From Archangiaceae bacterium (GTDB taxonomy: Bacteria; Myxococcota; Myxococcia; Myxococcales; Myxococcaceae): 31,461 nt of DNA. Under the pieces are notes generated by a model that saw only the letters and a program-made list of their open reading frames with translations, was not told where the DNA came from and searched no databases. The translations under genes and the position numbers were made by a program. This document shows, piece after piece, positions 25,455 through 31,461 of the stretch (position 1 is the first letter of the stretch; each line of letters begins with the position of its first letter). The stretch spans positions 1 to 31,461 of the forward strand of contig JAYVCD010000429.1 of assembly GCA_043750125.1 (NCBI GenBank), in the 5' to 3' direction.

Positions 25455-28400
25455 TTGTGGCGACATTCATGGAGCTGCCGATTCACCGGCAACCAATGGA
25501 TGGTGCCTGAAAGGGCGCTGGAACCGACGGTCGTTGCGATGGGGGGAGCTCCGCCGGCTTCCATCGACACCGCGCTGTAGGAAACCTGCCCGGTGGTGGG
25601 GTTCACCGAGGCCACCGGCGAGGCCTGCTGAGGCGTGACGGTGACGAGGCGCGAGACCGAGCGCACAGTCGCGCTGGCGGTCGGCGATCCGGCGAGACCG
25701 CAGGCGATGGCACCGGTGATCGCGTCGGCCTGAAAGGCCCAGGCCGTATCCGCCGGCGAGGGTGAGCCGCAGCTGAAGGTCGGGTTGGCGTTGGGGTCCA
25801 ACGAGCTCCAAAGGATGCATCCGCCAAAGAGCAACGCGCTGGCGGCGGTCTTCTCGTCGGTGCTGTGCGCGTGCGTCAGGTACCAACCGTTGCCCGAGGC
25901 TGCGGCGGTGGCGCTCGCGGCATTGACCAGGTTGGTCTCGGTCAGCCGATTGGTGTCATAGGTGGTCGCGCCCGCCGAGGTCGTGAACCTGAGTCGGTTT
26001 GTCGTGTCGAAGAGCTTGATCGAATAGAAATAGCTGGCGTTGGTCGCGCGGGTCCCCGCGGCATTGGGGCTTCCCAATGGCAATCCGGCCTGTGAAATGC
26101 AGTCGGTGCCTGCATCGGTCGCACCCCAGTCGCACTGCAGCGGGGCGGAAACGGCGGTGTTTGCAGAGCAGTTGAAGGCGTAGTCCGTGCGCGCGTTGTT
26201 CACCCAGGTCGAGGCCGACGATTGTGGCACTGAGTCGTGTGCCAGGGTGTCGGTGATCGTGGTCCCGCCGGACGTGAATGAGAAGCCACCTGAGATCGAG
26301 TGCCCTCCAGCTCCCGTGGGCGCGGGGCCAACCGAATACAGCGTTTCGGTGACCGAGGCAGAGCAGTCTTGCCTCAAACATGCGGTCAGGCTGGCAGGAC
26401 CACACACCCCGCCGTTGACCGCCTTGATGTGGTCGCGATCGCCTGAGCCCAGGTAGACCCGCAGCTCTCCAGAAGGAAAGAGCGCCGTCACCGCGCGGTG
26501 GAAGAAGGGGCTGCGCTTGGCGACGCCATCACCCTTGAATTCCGAAAATGCCCGCGCGCCAAACCAGTTGTCGTACTTGCCGTCGGAATCGGTGTCCTTC
26601 CCGGGCAACCCCATTCCAATCGTCCACACTTGCCCAGCTACGTCCCCGACGACTGCCGTGTCGAACAGCCCGTCCGAGTTCGCATCGATCATCGAGACCG
26701 GCGCGGCGACCGGATAGAGGTTGTTGCGCAAGTCGCCTGCGGCGCCGGTCGCGTCACGACGCGAGAACCGGTAGACCTCGACGCCCGTCCAGGCGTCGAC
26801 GAAGTGAATCGACCGACCGCGCACCAACGAAGGTTCGTAGCCTCCTCCGAACGTCACCACGTAGCGTTCCGTCGCCTTCAGACCATTCACGGTGAAGGTG
26901 CCCGTCGCGGAAAATTCAGCGATGGGCCCGATGGCCGGCGGTGCGCCCCCGATGTCGTTCCAGCTGAACCCCACGGCGAGTGACTGGCTGGTGCCCGGCC
27001 TGGGCCACGACCAGAGGAACACGGGCGTGGTGGGGTTGGTCACGTCCAGCGCGAGGTAGCCGCGGCCACCCTCACGCTCGCCGACGATCGCAACGGTGTG
27101 GTACTCGTCGCTGTCCTTTGCACCGTTCGCGACGCTCGCGCCGCTGCCGTCGACCCAGACGTCGCGAACCATCGCAGTTCCATCGACGAGCAGCTGGTGG
27201 GTCTCATCGAGCATGTAGCGGGCAAGCTTTGGCAACAGATCTGGAGGAATGAAAGCCCAGGTCTCGATGCCCGTGCCGTTGTCGTAGCTGTGGGTGGTGC
27301 CTGCGACGGTGTCGTTTCCGGCGTTGAAGGAGTGCAACATTCCGTCATTCGCGCCGACGAGCACGTTCTCTGCGCGGTACTGGTTCGCCGCATAGTAGGC
27401 GGCGTACGCAGCTTCGCCTCCGGTGGTGAGCGACGCCGAATACAGGCTCGGCACGCACTGATTTACGAAGCCAAGGTCGCAGAGGAACTTGGGTACCGGC
27501 GGCACCACCAGGATCGGCGAGGAATGAAAAATGTCGCCGAGAATGTTGGTGCGGGCGCGCAGCGGGGACGGAGGAGGTGCACTGCGATTGAGGGGGTTTT
27601 GTCGAAGCACATCTTCGCCGTGAATGAAGCGGATGAGATCCGTTGCACAGTCGTTCTCGGTTGCGTACGCGGTCCCGCTCAGGCTGGACAACGTCGTACA
27701 GAACTCACCTTGGAGTCCGCCCAACAGCAACAGCGGGGTCAGGTTTGCGACGTTGGCGACGCTGAAGGGAACCAACGTCGGCGAGTAGCCGGCCCCACTG
27801 GGAGCGACGGTGTAGATTTTACGAGCGCCTTCCGCCGGTGGGGTGCCCCCGATGATCAGCTGTGCTCGGGTGGTCAGCTTCGCATTGGCTTCCCAGAAGG
27901 GTGCGGCTGGAATCGAGCCGCCATCGGCTTGAACCTGAAGCGGCCACCCGGCGTCGTAGGCCTGGGTCGTGTCGACCAGGCCGAAGTTGCCGTTGTTGTC
28001 TTCGCGGACGAACTTCCCGTTGCTGTCCTGCAGGTAGAAATCAGTGCAGCTGGCATTGCCGTTCGGATTGACCGAGCTCTTGACGCCATAGTTCGCAGGG
28101 GCACAGCCCGCCGAGAACTCGTTGTAGAGCGAATACCGCGCAAGGCTTCCTGCCCACGAACCGGTGAGGGCAGGCTTGAAGCGCGGAACGAAGGCAGAGC
28201 TGACTCCGGTGGTCTGAACCGTCGTCAGCTCGGTGCTGGAAAAAGAAGTCGCCCGGGTGCGAATTGCCGTGAAGACCAACTCGATGTTCGCCTCGAGCCT
28301 GGCGAAGTCATCTGCCACGAGGTACCTGCCTCCTCCCCGCTGTGCGATCTGATCCAGAATCGTCATTTCTCCGTAGCTGTTGAATGGGTCGCCGATGCCG

Positions 28401-29731
28401 ATCACGTAGGTCTTGATTTGGCTAAGGCGCCCCGAAGCGCTCATGTTGTTCGTAGACATCCACCCGGCCACGTCATCTGCGAAGTCCATTGAGCAGGTGC
28501 CCCCGGGCGTCGACCGAACTGCCGCGCCGGTGACCTGGGCGCCCGCCCCGTTCGCCATACCCGGGTCGAGGAAGTCGTCGCCGTCACCCTCGGCACCCAT
28601 TCCCAGGGTGGTGCACTGCGCAGCGGCGGTGCACGAGGCAGGCGTCACTCCTGCGACCTGGGTGCACAGCGGGTTTGCTGTGTCGCCGCGTCCATCGGAG
28701 AAAAGGATGATGAAGTCCGAGTTACACCCGTTGCACGGTCCGCTTTTTCCCTTCGCCATGGGTGCGTTACCCTGGGTGTTGTTGTTCGCGAATACCCAGG
28801 GGTTGTCTTGCCCGCCCATGTACCAGCCGGTGTTGAAGAGCAGTTCTGCCAGCGGCTTGGCGGGGTTTGCGTAGCTCAGCCCATCGATCGCTCCCAGCTT
28901 CTGGTTGAGCGGCCGCCCGTTTCCGCTGCAGCTCTGCGGCAACATCATCTGGACTACGTCCCCGCCGACGGTCCCGTTGGTGGCGACCACCGCCTCGCGC
29001 AGCGGCGACAAGAGCGGGCCGTTGACGAGGCGCTTGTAGGCCAGACTCAACAACATCCATTTGGCTGGATGAAAGCGCAACCAGTTGGGAGAAAAGACGC
29101 CGGCATTGGTGCTGACATCGTTGTTCGCAACTGCCGGATTGAGCCAATACCCCTTCGCGGCCACACACACCTGACATGCCGTGGAAGCCACGCCCGCGCC
29201 GCCGGCCACCCCGTCACAGGCGGAAAGGAGGGTCTCACCGGTTCCGCCGCCGTTCACGGGCCAATTGCGGTACCGGTAAAACCTGGCGGTGTTGAGACCA
29301 TCGCTCTGCGCGCTGTTCGAGTAGACCGCCGGATCTGGGTAGGTCTTGCCGCTGCCGTAGGTGCCCTGCAGCGCCGCCGTACCGGCCGGTGGCGGGGGCG
29401 TCACGGTCGTCGGCATGAAGTACGGCAGGTTGTTGAGGTATGCGTTGGTGCAGCCGGTGGGCGCTGCGCCTCCCAGGTCGGCCCTGATCCGGTAGAGCTT
29501 CTGGGTGAACTCGGCCATCGAGCTGTTCGCGGGGTAGAGCAAGACGACGTTGGTGTTGTCGTTGGCGTTGGCAACGGTGGTGAAGAAGCCGTTGTCGCCG
29601 CCTTGAGGAGGGCTGAGGTAATAGTCGAGCCGCTCGATGTTCCGGTTCCAGGTCGCCGGGTCGGTGGCAGCGCTTGCCTGCGCGCTCGAGATCAGCACCA
29701 CAGTGATCAGCCAGGTGTGAGTGATTCGCAT
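25436..29731 (-). CDS. pilY1: type IV pilus tip adhesin PilY1 (vWA-like N-terminus plus PilC beta-propeller)
   Basis: Signal peptide; IILFSDG and IKTYVIG (vWA-like); LGDIFHSSP, VGANDGMLHSF, WAFIPP, YLALDVT; Ca-loop DANSDGLFD; GGAG RBS before ATG 29731 (alternative 29743); follows minor pilin genes. Confidence 0.92.
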   Translation of the reverse strand: MRITHTWLITVVLISSAQASAATDPATWNRNIERLDYYLSPPQGGDNGFFTTVANANDNTNVVLLYPANSSMAEFTQKLYRIRADLGGAAPTGCTNAYLNNLPYFMPTTVTPPPPAGTAALQGTYGSGKTYPDPAVYSNSAQSDGLNTARFYRYRNWPVNGGGTGETLLSACDGVAGGAGVASTACQVCVAAKGYWLNPAVANNDVSTNAGVFSPNWLRFHPAKWMLLSLAYKRLVNGPLLSPLREAVVATNGTVGGDVVQMMLPQSCSGNGRPLNQKLGAIDGLSYANPAKPLAELLFNTGWYMGGQDNPWVFANNNTQGNAPMAKGKSGPCNGCNSDFIILFSDGRGDTANPLCTQVAGVTPASCTAAAQCTTLGMGAEGDGDDFLDPGMANGAGAQVTGAAVRSTPGGTCSMDFADDVAGWMSTNNMSASGRLSQIKTYVIGIGDPFNSYGEMTILDQIAQRGGGRYLVADDFARLEANIELVFTAIRTRATSFSSTELTTVQTTGVSSAFVPRFKPALTGSWAGSLARYSLYNEFSAGCAPANYGVKSSVNPNGNASCTDFYLQDSNGKFVREDNNGNFGLVDTTQAYDAGWPLQVQADGGSIPAAPFWEANAKLTTRAQLIIGGTPPAEGARKIYTVAPSGAGYSPTLVPFSVANVANLTPLLLLGGLQGEFCTTLSSLSGTAYATENDCATDLIRFIHGEDVLRQNPLNRSAPPPSPLRARTNILGDIFHSSPILVVPPVPKFLCDLGFVNQCVPSLYSASLTTGGEAAYAAYYAANQYRAENVLVGANDGMLHSFNAGNDTVAGTTHSYDNGTGIETWAFIPPDLLPKLARYMLDETHQLLVDGTAMVRDVWVDGSGASVANGAKDSDEYHTVAIVGEREGGRGYLALDVTNPTTPVFLWSWPRPGTSQSLAVGFSWNDIGGAPPAIGPIAEFSATGTFTVNGLKATERYVVTFGGGYEPSLVRGRSIHFVDAWTGVEVYRFSRRDATGAAGDLRNNLYPVAAPVSMIDANSDGLFDTAVVGDVAGQVWTIGMGLPGKDTDSDGKYDNWFGARAFSEFKGDGVAKRSPFFHRAVTALFPSGELRVYLGSGDRDHIKAVNGGVCGPASLTACLRQDCSASVTETLYSVGPAPTGAGGHSISGGFSFTSGGTTITDTLAHDSVPQSSASTWVNNARTDYAFNCSANTAVSAPLQCDWGATDAGTDCISQAGLPLGSPNAAGTRATNASYFYSIKLFDTTNRLRFTTSAGATTYDTNRLTETNLVNAASATAAASGNGWYLTHAHSTDEKTAASALLFGGCILWSSLDPNANPTFSCGSPSPADTAWAFQADAITGAIACGLAGSPTASATVRSVSRLVTVTPQQASPVASVNPTTGQVSYSAVSMEAGGAPPIATTVGSSALSGTIHWLPVNRQLHECRHNGTNCQ

Positions 29732-29743
29732 GGTTGCTCCCAT

Positions 29744-30226
29744 CTAAAGACCGAACCGGACCAGGAACTCGACTTCTGCCTGCTTGGTGCTGCCGTTGCT
29801 CGAGCAGACCACCGTCATCCGGTAGAGCTGGCCCCCGAGGCTGACCGCGGCGATCCGGTTCGAGACGTCGCTGACGCCAAATGAGTTCGAGGTCGCACCG
29901 GAAGCCGCGACCACCGACGTAACCGCGATGTTGTCATAGTGACCGGTGGCCAACGTTTTGTCGTCCAGCGGGGTGTTCAGCACGAGCGAGGTGGGAGTCG
30001 TTGAAAACAACCTGAACTTGCTCATCAGCAGCTCTCGGGCTCCTTCTGCGCAGGCCAACGATTTGTCGTACTGACGCTTCGCGTTCGCGGCATCGCCTTC
30101 GCTGCTGGCTCGGCCGACGATGGCCAAACTGATGACGGCGAGCACTGCCAGAATGACAATCACAAACAACAGCGCCGAGCCCTTTGGGGCAGAGCGGCGG
30201 GGCAGCGACAGAGCCATGGTTGTCAT
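29744..30226 (-). CDS. pilX: type IV minor pilin PilX-like
   Basis: Class III signal KG|SALLFVIVILAVL lacking Glu5; CAEGARE helix; position between pilW and pilY1. Confidence 0.78.
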   Translation of the reverse strand: MTTMALSLPRRSAPKGSALLFVIVILAVLAVISLAIVGRASSEGDAANAKRQYDKSLACAEGARELLMSKFRLFSTTPTSLVLNTPLDDKTLATGHYDNIAVTSVVAASGATSNSFGVSDVSNRIAAVSLGGQLYRMTVVCSSNGSTKQAEVEFLVRFGL

Positions 30227-30231
30227 TCCTG

Positions 30232-31386
30232 CTAGAAGGTGAAAGGGCGGGTCGATTCGAGGTTGCGGAGGCTGATTTGAGAGACCGCGGAGTAACGCCG
30301 GACCTTGTTGCCAGCGGCGCTTCCGGTTCGGTTCTCGGGGTAGGCGAGGACGTCGCCCGGAAAGTTCGGACCCTTGTTCGGATCCGGGCGGGAAGAGCGA
30401 ATGATGAGAGAAATTCTCACTCCGCGGACGTTGGCTGAAGCCATCGTCCGCCGCGAGGCATCCGCCGGGTCGGTGACATAGGTGGGCAGACTGTTGACAT
30501 TGACGGGCGCCACTGGAAGTTCGACGGTTCCCACTGTATTGCCAATGATCCAGTCCCCGTCGTTGTCCGGTCCTGCCCCGGTGCCGCTCAACAGATACGC
30601 GACCTGCATGTCTTCCACGTTCTTTGCGATTGGAGACATGTCGTCGGCGTCCGCGGGAGGCAGGACACCATCGCCATCAACATCAACTCCAGGGTCGAGC
30701 ATCAGCCAGGGCACGCCCCCGAAAGTGGCAATAAAATATCGAGACCGATTGACGAGGAAGACGGCCGCGCCGGGGGCGCCGTGGCATGGCCTGATGGAAA
30801 CCGTATCGTTGTATGGGAACGCGGGCGACGCCAGGCTCGACAGGACGACGTCGCCTGCGGCGTAGTCGCCGGTCACCGTAAGGAGCACCGGATTCTCTGC
30901 GCCGGCGCACAATACTTGCACCATTTGACCGCTGTGAATTGTCTGACCTGCGAGGAGAGTGATTGCGAGGGTCACCGGCGGGCCCGCCGTCATCGCTGTC
31001 ACCGGCCAGGCGTGGCCGGCGAAGCAGCCTGCCGGTGTCACACATGCGCCTTGTCCATTGTCGAGCCATTGGTAGCTCGGATCCCGCGCAATGAAGGTCA
31101 ACTGGTCCGGCGCGTCGGCCCGGTCGATCGATGGGTTCGCGCTGAACAGATCGATGGCGTAGCGGGGGTCGACACCCCACCCCGCCTGACGAAGCCCACC
31201 CTCGAGGCTGAGGAGCGCATCTCGGGAGTCGGCGTTCGCGACCCGGGTCAGCTCCATGGCTTGCAACGCTGTGTTCTGCAGCGAGAAAGCGGCTCCCGCC
31301 ATGGCAATCGCGAGAATCATGATCGTGATGGCGATCAGCAGTTCGAGCAGCGAAAATCCGCGACGAGCGAGGGTGAGAGAGTTCAT
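30232..31386 (-). CDS. pilW: type IV minor pilin PilW-like
   Basis: RRG|FSLLELLIA N-methylation motif; LRQAGWG, IAKNVEDMQVAY, VRGVRISLIIRS and C-terminal LRNL. Confidence 0.85.
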   Translation of the reverse strand: MNSLTLARRGFSLLELLIAITIMILAIAMAGAAFSLQNTALQAMELTRVANADSRDALLSLEGGLRQAGWGVDPRYAIDLFSANPSIDRADAPDQLTFIARDPSYQWLDNGQGACVTPAGCFAGHAWPVTAMTAGPPVTLAITLLAGQTIHSGQMVQVLCAGAENPVLLTVTGDYAAGDVVLSSLASPAFPYNDTVSIRPCHGAPGAAVFLVNRSRYFIATFGGVPWLMLDPGVDVDGDGVLPPADADDMSPIAKNVEDMQVAYLLSGTGAGPDNDGDWIIGNTVGTVELPVAPVNVNSLPTYVTDPADASRRTMASANVRGVRISLIIRSSRPDPNKGPNFPGDVLAYPENRTGSAAGNKVRRYSAVSQISLRNLESTRPFTF

Positions 31387-31460
31387 GGTTGAAGCGCCGC
31401 GGCGGGATTGGGTTTGAAGGTGCTGGTGGCGATTTGCCGGAAGCCATACCCAGGCTCTTT
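31383..31460 (-). CDS. 3' end of an upstream minor pilin gene (PilV-like), partial
   Basis: Open frame KEPGYGFRQIATSTFKPNPAAALQP* whose TGA overlaps the pilW ATG (ATGA); identity inferred from gene order only. Confidence 0.55.
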   Translation of the reverse strand, partial: KEPGYGFRQIATSTFKPNPAAALQP

Positions 31461-31461
31461 C

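Overview
This is a GC-rich bacterial chromosome segment, most consistent with Myxococcota (Myxococcaceae/Archangiaceae-like) from gene content. Positions 1-6.9 kb form a partly decaying accessory light/photo-oxidative-stress cluster. It holds an atypical SDR, a photoactive yellow protein (PYP) remnant and a CarH-type MerR/B12 regulator transcribed divergently from DUF393, SOUL haem-binding, alpha/beta-hydrolase and TspO-like genes; the last is cut by a degenerate IS91/ISCR-type element. Positions 7-17 kb are housekeeping: radA, a Ser/Thr kinase coupled to grpE-dnaK, bpt/ate, and larC/larB interrupted by an AbiEi/DUF559-like gene plus a hidden inverted decayed paralogue. Positions 17.1-20.4 kb carry a Cys-rich lipoprotein divergent from an ECF sigma / anti-sigma / exported caspase-beta-barrel operon, the best candidate for an uncharacterised signalling system. 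Positions 20.5-31.5 kb carry proS, two tandem paralogous membrane proteins, a CxxxC-repeat lipoprotein, a HAMP-like membrane protein and a type IVa minor pilin-pilY1 cluster (pilV partial, pilW, pilX, pilY1). I saw no rRNA, tRNA or CRISPR array. All calls come from motif recognition by eye; no database search was run.
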